This document shows positions 49,800 through 61,607 of a stretch of 64,000 bases of DNA, one piece after another (positions within the stretch are counted from its first letter, which is position 1; each line of letters begins with the position of its first letter). This DNA comes from Perkinsus chesapeaki ATCC PRA-425 (lineage: Eukaryota; Protista; Perkinsozoa). The notes under the pieces are model-generated. The model was given only the letters and a program-made list of their open reading frames with translations, was not told the origin of the DNA and did no database searches. The DNA is taken from NCBI GenBank assembly GCA_013115145.1, contig JAAPAO010000077.1, forward strand, positions 1-64,000. Direction: 5' to 3'. A program made the translations under genes and the position numbers.

Positions 49800-50330
49800 A
49801 ATCGTGCCTCTTTTGAGGGAACCTTCCAACACTTCCTTACCATTTCGGTACGGAGACCTTGGAAACGGGCCGTCACTTGTCTGGCTATGATGCCAATGGC
49901 ATCATGCCGTAGTCTAGCTGCGCAAACTGCTTAATTAGATTATCTAGGCGCATCTTTCCGAGGTGGTCACTGCACGCTTCAACTTGTAGTGTGCACGCTG
50001 TTGTGGATTCTGCTAGCCTGCCTTGTACGATCATAGCACACATACTTGCCATAGATGGCTTTGTTGATACTCTTTATTGATGCGTGTTGTTATGCCGACT
50101 CGCCCGGCGGCTGATAAAAAGCCGAGCAAGGCAAGCGTGCTTGGCACTAGTCGATTCACAATGCCAAAACTCATACCGCAAAGTCGTTGGGTCCTTTGAA
50201 GCCGTTGCGTTCTGGTAGTTGTACACAGGCCCTTGTATGCGTAAGTGAGTTCCACTAGGATCCTTGAGTGAACCATACAGTGTCAATAACAGTATAGATA
50301 TTAATCTCTCATTCGAAAGCTGCACATAGT
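49800..50330 (-). mobile_element. Possible degenerate FLYWCH/Mutator-type transposase remnant
   Basis: GPVYNYQN..KDPTTLRYEFWHCESTSAKHACLARLFIS resembles a FLYWCH/WRKY-GCM1 finger; stops follow. Confidence 0.3.
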
Positions 50331-51144
50331 ACAGATAGTCTAACTAAGCCTTCTTCGGCGTTGGACTATAAACTCACACACACATACACCGCAAAGTCAC
50401 TAACTATCTTGACCAGCAAATACAATGCAGCACTGATTTGCTGTAGTAACGATCAGGTTGAGCGTCAACCGGAAACTGTAGAGGGAACAATGTTTCCTTA
50501 TGACCATAGTCTGGTATAATGGCCGAACACAGATGGTCAATGAGCTTTGGTACTACTCTAATAGAGTGCCCAGTGACTTGTGGTAGTGATCCTTCTCTAC
50601 TTGTGAGTTGTCGCTGAGATTAGCTTAAACTTAATATACGAATCGAATGATGTGCACACATGAGAGTTGAAACAGCAAGAATATCGAAAGCCAACAGCAT
50701 CGGAGTTCGCAACTCAGCTCAAAGCCGTCCACTATTTCTGAAAAAAGATCACACGCCTATATCGGAAGTGTATGGGTATTCAGTGTTACAGTGGGCTTCG
50801 TTATATAACCTATTACGCGGGTACGCGTGCCGCAGTCTACCGTAGTGAGAGACGGGATGTGACTCAAGTCAGCTAGACGTCGCTGTGTCGCATTTTGAGA
50901 CATAATCATTAACACCGCTAACTCAGCATCGAGTCGCAGTTTATTAGACTTAGGAATCTCATCTGAAGATGGATCATTAGTAGTATGGTAATAGCACTAT
51001 AATCCCTTCGATATTGATGTCTAGTAAGGTGATACTGTGAAGCTTATAAAGCCCATATAACGGATTGATGTTGTCTCATAAAGCAAACGGTTGACAGTTG
51101 ACGGCACTCGAGACTCAAGTGCATCCAAGCTCGTCTTCGGTCCT

Positions 51145-52765
51145 TCATAGCTTAGGTAACCCGGCGAGGACCATGCGGTCTATACCGCATTCGGTGAGTC
51201 CTATCTTGAAGAGGCCATGATCGCCCCAATCTTCATTCCAAGAATTGACAACCAGCCAGTAGTCTTCACCGTTCTCGTTGCCCCAACCAATTATCTTCAC
51301 AGCATGTCCTCCGAGCGCGTTTCCAGAAGTGTACTTGTAGACACCAGACTTGTAGGCTAGGAAATCTTCATAAACGGTGAAAGCCGCAGATACCTGACAA
51401 ACGACACGACAGCCATTCTGCAGCATTCCAAGTAAAGGAAACCCTTCGAGAACCAGCCTATGGTAGCAGCTACCGGGCCATTGGTCATAATCTCCTTCTT
51501 GATGCTGCTGGTGAAGAAGAAATAGCTCGGGAGAAAGCTGCTGGTGTGATGGCGGTCCCTTCATAAATAAGCTTCACCCGTGATAGCTGGACTGGTTTAC
51601 TTGTCCAAATCCGTTGTATACTTTTTATTCGGGCAAGTGCCTTCGCATCTCGGTGTCTTGTACGGATCCTGGCGGCAGAATAAGCGAGGTTATTATAAAG
51701 TATCTTTACCTTAGGACAGGCGGGGTACTCAGAGCTATTCACGTGGTGAGCACACTTGGGGAAGTTGTATGGCCAGCAGCCATCATCTTTAGTCATTTCG
51801 TCTTTCTTAATAAAGTCTCCACCTATATTATGACAGTATCACTAAAAAGTGAGAGGAGCGCACCTGATACGACTCCAGTTGTATATAACCACATCCACGC
51901 AAATAATGGATTGCCACCAGAGCACCCGAAAGAACTGAGACAACACGAAGTGTTATGCTACAGTTCTGAGGGTATTGAGCCTCCCTCGCGAGGGACTTAC
52001 AGACAGCCATGGAATAGGCTACAACAGCCGAGCATATCTCCAGGAGAGAGCAGGGTTGTAATCGTTGCATTCGACTTGATGCATACCCTATCATTGAAGG
52101 CCTCAGTTGTGCCGAATGCCCAACAGCTACCACAGTCGGACTGGTCCCTGAAAAAAGCTCTTGCGCATGAAGTGAAAATCCACTGACACACCTGACATGT
52201 CCGATGACCTTCTCACATCCTTTGAAACCCTCACGGGCATCAAAGCTACCGGGCAAAGTCTTTAGCTCTTCCTCTGGATAAATAACCTCTTCGAGAGTCT
52301 CTGTTATGTTCATAAATGTGCCGCATAGCCTTTTGGCGTCGCCAAGCGTGGAACCTAGGATGAAACCCGTTGGAAAAGGTGGGGCCCAGTCGAAGGCACC
52401 TTTGAATCTTTCCTGGTCAACTGAGGCCGTCCAGGTATTCTGCTTGGAGTTGATCTGGTTGACGAGGCTCTGCATAATGGCTGGTCTGGTATCATCAAAG
52501 ATCTCAAGTAGCTCGGTCCTCGAGAGGTCCTCGGCCTGCACTTCCAGCTCCTCTTCGAAACGGGCGAAGTGTTGGGCTTCTTCATCGATAGTATAAACCA
52601 GGCCTAATAGTATCCACTGGAGTTCGGAGGCTCTTGTATGGGAACCTTACCCTTGTTAGCTTTCAAATCACTGAAGGCAGATTTCAGATCTCTCGGCTTA
52701 GTTGCCAGCATCACATAAGGCAAGCACAGTAGCACAGCGAATACGAGCAGATGGCCGAAATTCAT
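51145..52765 (-). CDS. Cathepsin B-like cysteine protease (C1A), multi-exon
   Basis: Signal [15 protein letters not shown]; [12 protein letters not shown]; occluding loop [13 protein letters not shown]; [11 protein letters not shown]; [10 protein letters not shown]. Confidence 0.95.
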
Positions 52766-53160
52766 TTGCTCGTTAACTAGACTCCTACCTGTCCAATAAC
52801 GCTCGAGCCAAAGCTGAAGCGCGGTCGAAGATAGGTTTGAGGCGAGGAATCCGAGCTGTGGTACAGCTGCTGTACGCATCTTTGCGACGCGGTACTAAAT
52901 CTTTCTATCATGGCTTGCGAGTATATCTGGGCTACTACCCTCAGGGAGTCTGAGTAGTCCTATACTGATAGAACTACAAAAGATAAGCTCGGCCTTTCTG
53001 CTGGCTTTCTAGCGTACCATACCTTGAACCCCGGGCTACGACTGACCTGGCTACAGTACCAGAAAGTTCGTACGTGTGCATTGCGTCTCTGGGTATCGTG
53101 TGATGCACCATTCAATGACTTGTTACAAAGATCCCGCGTGACGAAGACTGACATTAAACT

Positions 53161-53185
53161 TCTGAGTCAGAAATTCTGACTCAGA
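53161..53185. repeat. Perfect palindrome, 12-bp arms, 1-nt spacer
   Basis: TCTGAGTCAGAA-A-TTCTGACTCAGA. Confidence 0.9.
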
Positions 53186-54197
53186 CACACGGGGACATTT
53201 TTAGCGCGAGCGCGCGCTTGATAGGGGTCGGGCTCGATAATGTGATATAGATTGAGAAGGCACGTGGCAGATGATACAGCAAATGGTCATGATTGCTCCA
53301 TTGTACCGGATACAGTGTACTCTTGTTTATCACGCATATGCCCCTCTCATTGCCACACCTCCGAGGTATTGAGTTAGCATTTGACGACTCTAAAATGGGA
53401 TATGATGTTCAACATTAACACATTCAACCTCGACCTATTTCGCACTTCAAAGGGTTGGCGTGATAGCTAATCTCGAGCTAGGGCTCATTGGTTCCACCTT
53501 TCACCGGTTGCTTCTTCGACAGTTTGAAGGCAAAGTTGCTCGCTTTCTTTTCCGTTTACTAAAGTTGACTGCCCCCAAGGAAATTGCTCACTTGGTCATA
53601 TTCAAGGCTGTAACCATAGCATTAACGGAACCTTCGTCTCAATCGCTACGCCTAGTCTTTCAGGTGCTTCCAAGCGACACCCTCAGTCTCTACGATACAT
53701 TATATTCGTGAAGTTTTTGCTTCTCCCACGAACCTTAAAGTAGTGCTGCCTTCGCGTATGGCTTCCCAAAGGAGAGTTAGGCTACTCGTTTTGTAGTTGG
53801 ATCCTGAGTCGCTGGAGTGTAAACTGAGTGCTAGTAAGCCAAAGAGTCCAGGAGGGTTCCTGAGACGGTTGCCAGTGTGGTTTACTGGTTTCCTGTCCTT
53901 TGCGAGCCTGCACTATTGGCACAGCAGTGCTCATCGAGCCTGTTGGCAACTGTTGCCCTAGGGAAGGCATCGCCCTTCTCGAAGCGCGACCAATACCGGG
54001 TTCTTGGCATATTTCGAATTGATCACTCATCCCTCGGGGATGACAATTCCTCAGTCCTTTTCAAAGCAAGTCCGATGAGCACTCCTGAGCCAGGGATCCT
54101 GACGTCACTCCCTGCCTTGTATGATAACGCGTTCTCGAGCTTTCTCGAGCTCAACTTGGAGATACGCAACACTGCTACACTAGTGGGAAACCGCTCA

Positions 54198-55409
54198 TCA
54201 CTTTCTGCCTTGCACTTCATTAAATATTTGATCCAGAAAAAACAGCATAAATTGATGTCTTTCTTCGGCGATCTCTCGCCCAGTTTTGGTCTTCATGGTG
54301 CCCTTCAAGTGCAATAATTTCTCATAGAAGTGTGCTATTGCTGTTGGGCTTCCTTCAGCGTATCTGATACCATAAGGGAGGATACTGCCTGCATTACCGT
54401 GACAAACGGATACGTAACAGTCAAGCTTCTTAAATTGATCAAGATGAGATTTTTAGGCATCCTGTAGACTCGATGTCATCTCACGTAATCATTGTCAGGT
54501 AGTAATACGCTCCCAAAGAGGGAGCAATGCTTTTTCGAAAATCGACACTGATTGCTAAGCCCCATCTAGGATTAAGGATGTACCCTCAAAGGCAGCGAAT
54601 CCCGAGTTGCAGCAACGTCAACGTCTCCCTATCAAACTTCCTATTGGCAGGATTTCCCCATTTTAATCGATACAATACAATCCCTTCCCGCCCGACCTCA
54701 CTTGGCAGCGGTAGGTCTGGTGCTCTCAGGATCACCCTCAAACTCTGTCCGTAGTTGCATCTCCTGCTTGGCTCCTTCAGATATTATCATCCTATCCTTC
54801 GCCCCAGAGTAAGCCATGCACCTTTAACCCATTACAGCACCTCCCCCTCGAACCACTCTCACCGACAAACTCCAATCGCTCCTATAGCATCCAGTCTGTC
54901 CCCATCTTGCACAATCGCAATGTAAGGATCGCAGGCAGCAGCCTCGCCGCTCCTGCCGTTCTTCAACTCGGCAGAGTAGCTCATCTGGTCCGAAAGCTTC
55001 CGCAAGATTTCATAGAGAATCTTACGTTCTTAATTTTCGTTATAATAAACTCCGCCGTCGGTCTTGGAAAACCAACCGGAGCCTCCTCGAGCTTCTCTTG
55101 GACCTCCACGGCCTTCGCGTTTGGATCCTCGCAATACTTCCGATCGAATGAATCGTGTAAGTAAGCAATGCAGAGAAGCAGATTCAGATCAACTCCCGCA
55201 GAGATCTGCGAACGTTGCCTATGTCAAATGAGAAGAGCAGATGGCTGCTGCACCTGGTCTCTGAGATAGATAGTCTTGACGGTGGCAACAACCCTTTCTA
55301 TGTGGGCCATGTCATGAGACGAATCACATTCCTCCATCCATTTTGTAACCAGTTGCTTAACTAGTTCAACTTGAGTATCGGTAGCGCTTACTGGTTGATG
55401 AGAGCTCAT
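54198..55409 (-). CDS. HD-domain metal-dependent phosphohydrolase (YedJ/YpgQ-like), multi-exon
   Basis: DSSHDMAHIERV, AYLHDSFDRKY, VQDGDRLDAIGAIG, HFYEKLLHLKGTMKTKTGREIAEERHQFM. Confidence 0.9.
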
Positions 55410-55516
55410 GGCGATGTGCTCAGTTAAATAGCAACTGCTGTGGATAGATCCTCCAGAAGTTTCTTCCCCAATTAACACTAACTTCACCCCAGCCTCATCG
55501 ACGTTGAAACAATAAA

Positions 55517-56369
55517 TCAAGGTTTATTAGGTATTCCCTCATCAGAGCTCCGCACGGGTATGCCATGTCTAGCCGCAAACATACCCCCGAACCCCTTCTT
55601 GGCCGCTTTGTCCATTTTGAACTTGGACATTCGCTTAGGCTGCACCTCCTCGCTCTTAACATTTCCTTCGCCATGCTCAGTAACAACACCCGTAAAAGCT
55701 TTTGTTCGCCGTGGGAGTTCCTCGTTATCTCCTACAGTCGGTTTCGATCGTACAAATGCCTTTTTAACTTCCTCTTCGTCGTGATCCGGCTCGCCATACA
55801 GCGGTGCCTTCTCCATCACATCAGCCCACCACTTAACCATTTCCGATCGTTTGGTTTCGAGATCTTCGTCGTCGATGAGCACCTTGTTCGGAGTGGCCAC
55901 TTGAGGGGCCTTCGGAGCTTCCTCCTCTTCTATCTTCTCTTCAATGTCAATTATCTTGTCTCCGTCCTCGTTGGTTGCTCTGAGCGACAACGAGTGAAAG
56001 CTACTCCACGAAATCAAACAACAATTTAAGTACTATCCCATAAGATTCATAATAGGTTGATTCAATGACCTCTAAACGCACAACTGTCAGCTGTTTCCCA
56101 AATTTTTACACTGTAAATGCGCTTATCAAGCCTATTAATTGGCAGACCTAACTCGGAGCTAATTCATTATCCCATTCATCCGTATTTGGACGCCTCTTTA
56201 AAGCATCTTACTTTTCTTTCGGTAACTGCTTTAACATCTCCAACAGTTGCCTGAGCCGTTGAGCCTGTTGCTCCTTTGTCATCGGAGCTTCCTTATTATC
56301 CTCCGACGAAGGTCGTGCTGTGGCTGAATTGAAGTATCGTTGAGGTGATGTTCCGCTATAGGAAGGCAT
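55517..56369 (-). CDS. Acidic protein with a URI/Bud27-like C-terminus (tentative)
   Basis: TNEDGDKIIDIEE and PKRMSKFKMDK resemble URI/Bud27 motifs; no clear prefoldin domain seen. Confidence 0.4.
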
Positions 56370-56404
56370 TATAAGAGAGAAATGTTATTCAAGTTACGGG
56401 TCTA

Positions 56405-56461
56405 CTGGAAAATTAAATTACAGTAAAAATACCTGAGCCGGGGATCGAACCTGGGACCTAC
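56405..56461 (-). other. tRNA 3'-end-like GT..AG segment upstream of the URI-like gene
   Basis: GTAGGTCCCAGG-TTCGATC-CCCGGCTCAGGTA-TTTTT...TTTTCCAG. Confidence 0.7.
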
Positions 56462-56729
56462 CAAAATGCTATGGAAATTCTCTAAAGGCATTCGTTTGCA
56501 CCTTAAATGCGTCATAGAAAGTACGAGAATCGTCGAGGAGGTGGTCGGCTCGGACGACACCGGAAAGTCACCAAATTCGCCGACCAAAGGTGAGCCTGTT
56601 GCAACTAAATTTTGAATATCGTAATTTCCTTATCAAATGTTTTCCCTTTATTTTCCTTCCACCTGTAAGTATCACCATTATCTGTTAATCATTCATCAGT
56701 TAATATTTACTAATCATCGTAATATAGGG

Positions 56730-57511
56730 GCTCATAAAAGGACAACAAAAACCAATACGGAAGTCCGCAAAATTTTATTCCGATTGTTCAAACTATTTTC
56801 CGGCATCTGGTTCTCTGGCGACTTTTTGTTATTTTCAGAACCCCTTTGGCGAAGGACTTCGAAGGAAGAAATGAAGCGCCCAAGAAGGACGATGAAGATC
56901 TTATCTTGCCCAACAAAGACGTTGAAGAGGCGGCCACTGAGGGGGAGAGAGCAGAGGCGAAGGTGACCGAGGGAAAGAAGCTTACTAATAGAGAGAAGCA
57001 TGCATTGATGAAACAAAAGAACGATGAGAGAAGGAAGAAACAAGGAAAGCCGGTCAGCACTAAAGTCGGCGATAAGAAGAAGATACAAAGTGACGACGGC
57101 GAGACCGGCAAAAGAAAGCGCGGCGAGTTTGGTCCTGATTATGATGAAGACGGGGTGCCAAGTTTGATGAAACCCTTGGTTCTACCTAAGATACCCCGGT
57201 TGGAGGACGTACTTGCCAACATGGAAGCGATGCGTAGTGAAGAAAAGAAGGAGGAGGAGAATGACGAAAATAAGGATGAAAGTGATGATGAGGAGCCCGT
57301 CACCGAGAGGCCTGCATTCGGTGACGTCATTGAAGCACCTCCAGTGTTCTCTAAAAAGGCCGCTTCGGTCGGTCAGAAGGCAGCGAAACACAGCAATGAT
57401 GCAGCCAGCAAGAGTGCTGTCATTCAAGGTGTCACTGGGTGGCGACGACAAGTGAAGGGGAAGTCTTTGGAATCTTTGGTTAAGTCGGTTGAAGCAAGAT
57501 ATGAACATTAA
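56730..57511 (+). CDS. Charged protein, CCDC137-like (tentative)
   Basis: ORF 56846..57511, K/E-rich, with AFGDVIEAPP motif; upstream exon likely. Confidence 0.5.
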
Positions 57512-57625
57512 CGACGATTACTCCACGTAAAACTGTTTCTATTCTTATTTTAGCTTTTGTGTGGTAATCTACGAGGTGCATGAACCAACCTCCGGAGTAT
57601 CTTCCACAATAGACCTTAAGATCTC

Positions 57626-58390
57626 ATGACGATCACAGCAATGAATGACCGGCGTCGGCCCTGCGTGCCGGCTGGGGACGAGCCTCCCTATTACAAGAAA
57701 GTTGTGCCGTACCTGCCTCAATGGCCACATTTACATTTCAAAGTGCATCTCACTAAAGGGATGAGCTGGATGAAAGGCAACGGAAATAAAGTCGTTTATG
57801 AAGATAGAAGAAACAGGCTGAATGAACCAACAGTTGCTGAGCAGGTTAGGAGTATCTTGAGGTTGACCGAGGAAGATACTAATGAGGTCGAGATGACGAA
57901 AGCGGAGGCGGTCAGTAAAGCTACTTCGAATTGATTGTATTCCTATTCCAGCAGGTCCAGCCACCAAGCCCACAGTCGGTCTATTTCGATTTCTGTGAGT
58001 TCCCCGAAGATGACGTCAGTCCGGCGCCTCCCGGAAGAGTCCTCGAATTCAACTTTCACACATGGATGAAAATGAAGCTTGGTACACCAACCTGACCTCG
58101 AAAATGTCTTCACAGCATATCTTTTTCAGACGCTGAGATCCTGCTTGAGATCATAGCAACATCGACCCCTCCCGCTGCCACTCGCCGACGGTCCTCCTTG
58201 GCCAGAACGCTCAGCGCGCCCGAGCTGGATATTACCCCAGTCCAGAGGCTTCCTTGGAGATGCTCCGTCCTCCAAAGAGTCTTTCGAACACGGACGGGTC
58301 GACCGGGCATTTGGAAGCAGCTCTCTCATAATGGTCAAATCTACACCTTGACATTGCCTGAATTCCTTCCACTTTTTCCGAGGTAAGTAT
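57626..58390 (+). CDS. Hypothetical protein, multi-exon
   Basis: ORFs 57626..57934 and 58198..58386 with GT-AG joins. Confidence 0.35.
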
Positions 58391-59098
58391 CCTATTGGTT
58401 CTTTAATCTAGAGTTTTCTCAACAAGAGAACTCCACTCAGTCTTCACCTACTATCATTATACCGTATCGCCACTGCACCACCATTGACGTGTGGCAAAGT
58501 GTGCGGAACTCGTCTACATGTGTTCGGGGTTTTAGAAAATTCCACGGCCTTCATACACCCTCAGGAATGGCGAACAGACATGAAGAAATTTTAGCAACCG
58601 GTAGAGGAAACCCACAAGTCACTAAGCCGCGATAGTCATGACAGTGAAATTCGGTTTCGTTAGTTCCAAGGTTTCGCCTGGTTCCATGGAGTTACTAGTG
58701 CGCCGAGAACGTACTGAAATTCGTGTAGACGAGGTGGCCGTAGGAAAATGTCAAATGCGCTCCCCCTTGAGAAGATTATCGTATATTCCCTAAGACTGCC
58801 CTAATAATATTTCAGGACCTTCCTCCTTTTTTGGCCTTCTTCCACAACAACCAGCATCATCGATCCTTTTGTTAAGCCTAAAGCCTGCAGCAGCTTCCGT
58901 GGCCTCACCTCAACAAGCAGCATATCTTCGTCACCGTTTGGATCGGCTCCTGCTCCTTTGGATTCTGACATTGAAGTCATGACCAATCTTACCAACCTTT
59001 TGGAACCTTCTCCATGAGCTCCGTCATGTCCTGTGTTGTTGCCTGATGCTCTTGTTGTGCTATGAGTTGGTCACAATCGTCCGGCCCAGTCAGTTCTG

Positions 59099-59588
59099 AT
59101 GTCTTCGGTAACAGCTGCCACTGTCGCCAACTTTTTATTTTCGGCGCTACTCGGTGTTGGCGGCGTAATTCCCTTTCCTGCTGTTCTGATTTAACTTCCT
59201 CTTCACCAGGTTGTCGGGTATCTCCAGGCTGGTTCGAGGGTCTCTCTCATTGCCGGCTCCCTCAGCTGCTTAGCTGTAAGGATCACGTATGTCGTCCAGT
59301 GGGACTCCTGTCAGGTCGGAGGTGTCGCCGTGGCCTCCAGACTTTTCCCGCAGCATCGTAAAGGCCTTCAGAAAACTCAGTTGGTGTTGGCCAGTTTACT
59401 CACTTTGTTCTTTGTTAAAAGGCAAGTTGGTTCACGACACATTTCTGCAAATACTTTGTCTTTTAAGGTTACAGCAAACAGGCAAGTTCATGCCGGGCGG
59501 TCTGATGTCCCTAGTTGGGCTTACAGTATCGATGGTCACCGCTGCCGCACTCAAGAGCGAGAGGTCTCCAGATGATAAAAACGAGTGA
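59099..59588 (+). CDS. TMEM14-family membrane protein, copy 1
   Basis: MSSVTAATVANFLFSALLGVGG|VVGYLQAGSRVSLIAG...QTGKFMPGGLM; contains a GC-AG intron at 59422..59467. Confidence 0.8.
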
Positions 59589-59677
59589 AAATATTCTATA
59601 GCTTTGTTTTTACCGCCCAAGTTGTATTTCGTTATCCCTTTTCACTGTGATGCTCATCAGCCTATTTCCCCGGTATA

Positions 59678-60220
59678 ATGAGCGCTGTTGCCTTTGCATT
59701 CGACGAAGCCTTCTTCTACGCTCTCTTGTTGATCGTTGGCGGTGTAAGTCATACGTTGGCTTCTCGTTTGAGATAACTCCTATCAGGCTATCGGTTTCGT
59801 GCAGGCGAAGAGCAAGCCTTCCCTAATTGCCGGTACCATCTCTGGTGTTCTGGTATTCGGCGCTGCTGAAGTTGGATCATCTTATGATAATCTTACTGGT
59901 TTGTTTTGCCTGGCTGCTATCGCTCTTATACTCACAGTCTTCTTCTATTCCAGGTGAGTCACTCACTAGCGGTCACATATTTTTGTGAAAAATTAGACTT
60001 TGTGTTTCCTGAAGTTTCCTTGTATTTGACGAAGAACGATTTCCACGTTGAGGCGGACGTCCGCCTATCGTTTGTGAATATGGGTTTTCTGTTCATGTTG
60101 GCATCTCAATTTTATTTCTCTTTCAGGTATGTGAAGACTCGTAAGTTCATGCCGGGTGGTCTCATGTGCGTGATCAGCGCGCTCAGTTTTTGCATCTATT
60201 TCTACGCTGTTGTCGTTTAA
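59678..60220 (+). CDS. TMEM14-family membrane protein, copy 2
   Basis: FYALLLIVGG|AIGFVQAKSKPSLIAG...YVKTRKFMPGGLM. Confidence 0.85.
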
Positions 60221-60494
60221 GATGCTCATAACATTTTAATCATATTATCGTCTCACTGTCCCTTTTTTGTGTTACTATCTAGTCAACTAAAAACAGCCGA
60301 ATATCCGCACGAAACCGCACATTTCCGGGTAGAAAAGAGAGCGCCACATTAATACCGTCTCCCTCAAACACGCATTTCGAGCGGCACCGTAAAAATACGA
60401 AAGCGAGCCTTTTCACTGCTGCTTGTTCATATACCACGTTTCGCGTATTATGTTGTTTTTAATAGCACTGTTGACGTCGTCGCGATTTCATTTA

Positions 60495-61607
60495 ATGAGG
60501 CAACACTCTGTTATCCTCTGGTTCGTGTTACTGGTAACTTGCCGTTCTAAAGAGCTTCCAGATCTCAAGATGGTCAAGAATAGGGTAACCATAGAGTTCG
60601 ACGGCCAACCGTTGAGGTTATGGGTTGATACGGGATCCACAAGGCTCCTTGTGGTCGGTAAAAAATCATATGAAGATATTCACGGTGAAGGAACATGCGA
60701 AAAGTTCTCACCGGCATGTTATTCCTGTCCGGCAGATCGGCCCTGTGACTTCACACATGCCCCGAAGTACACGGTTGAATACAGCAGCTTCAAGGTCCTA
60801 GAATACGTGCTACACAAAGGCACCTTGCGGATCGGTGATGTCGAAATGCCCGAGTTTGTCTTTGGTATTGTCGTTAATGCTACTGCCGATGGTGAACCAG
60901 TGCGGAAGCCGGAAGGCCAACTCGGACTGTCATTTGGCCGTCCCGATATACCGGTAACTTTCCTTGAACAACTGAAAGAACACGGGTTGATGAAGAGCCT
61001 ATCCTTCTCAATCAATCCTCCAACTTGGTGGAACCGCGAAGGAAGTCTCGTGCTAGGGCGTCTGAGTGGACCGCAGATTTCTTGGAAATTTACCAGTATA
61101 GTTGATAGACCGGATTACCCATTCGAGAAGTTCTTCGTTCGCGTGTCGGCGATCCGTGTTATCAGTGACGGAAGCCCCATAATGAGTATGACACCAAAGC
61201 GTGACACGGCGTTCGTTGACAGCGGTAACGACCTCATTCGAGTGCCGCCTGAAGTGTACCAGCATGTTGTAGCAGGCCTAGACCCGGCGCAAATTGCGAT
61301 CGGTCGAGGAGTCATTGAGCGGAGTGATATCCGTTATAAATTGCCAGATCTGGAATTTGTCATTGTGGATGGTGATGACGATAGGAACTCTTTTGTCCTC
61401 CGTGTGTCAGTGAAGGACTATGTGGTCAACTACCCCAGTGGTAAAGTCGCAATACATGTTCGACCCTCGGACAGCTTGATCTTCTTCGGTCAGCCACTCT
61501 TCGGAGCCTATAGCGTTTACTTCGATATGGAAAATAAGAAAGTTGCTTTTCGTGAAAAGGCAGTTGTCAGGCAGGTATCGCGCAGACAGGAAGGAACATC
61601 TGTATAA
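60495..61607 (+). CDS. Pepsin-like aspartic protease (A1), intronless
   Basis: LWVDTGS and AFVDSGN motifs, GQLGL, FFGQPLFGAYSVYFD; signal peptide MRQHSVILWFVLLVTC (ORF begins at 60423). Confidence 0.88.
   Translation: MRQHSVILWFVLLVTCRSKELPDLKMVKNRVTIEFDGQPLRLWVDTGSTRLLVVGKKSYEDIHGEGTCEKFSPACYSCPADRPCDFTHAPKYTVEYSSFKVLEYVLHKGTLRIGDVEMPEFVFGIVVNATADGEPVRKPEGQLGLSFGRPDIPVTFLEQLKEHGLMKSLSFSINPPTWWNREGSLVLGRLSGPQISWKFTSIVDRPDYPFEKFFVRVSAIRVISDGSPIMSMTPKRDTAFVDSGNDLIRVPPEVYQHVVAGLDPAQIAIGRGVIERSDIRYKLPDLEFVIVDGDDDRNSFVLRVSVKDYVVNYPSGKVAIHVRPSDSLIFFGQPLFGAYSVYFDMENKKVAFREKAVVRQVSRRQEGTSV

Noticed and set aside
33090-53220. CGCG-rich, E2F-like TTTCGCGC sites in intergenic DNA (about 33095, 47790, 53205)
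   Set aside because: Short motifs that also occur in introns; no functional evidence from sequence alone
53400-54150. Possible BED-finger/hAT remnant
   Set aside because: Multiple stops and only vague motif similarity; no terminal inverted repeats found
36680-56461. Calling the intronic tRNA-like pieces functional tRNA genes
   Set aside because: They lack acceptor 5' strands or anticodon arms, and most T stems do not pair
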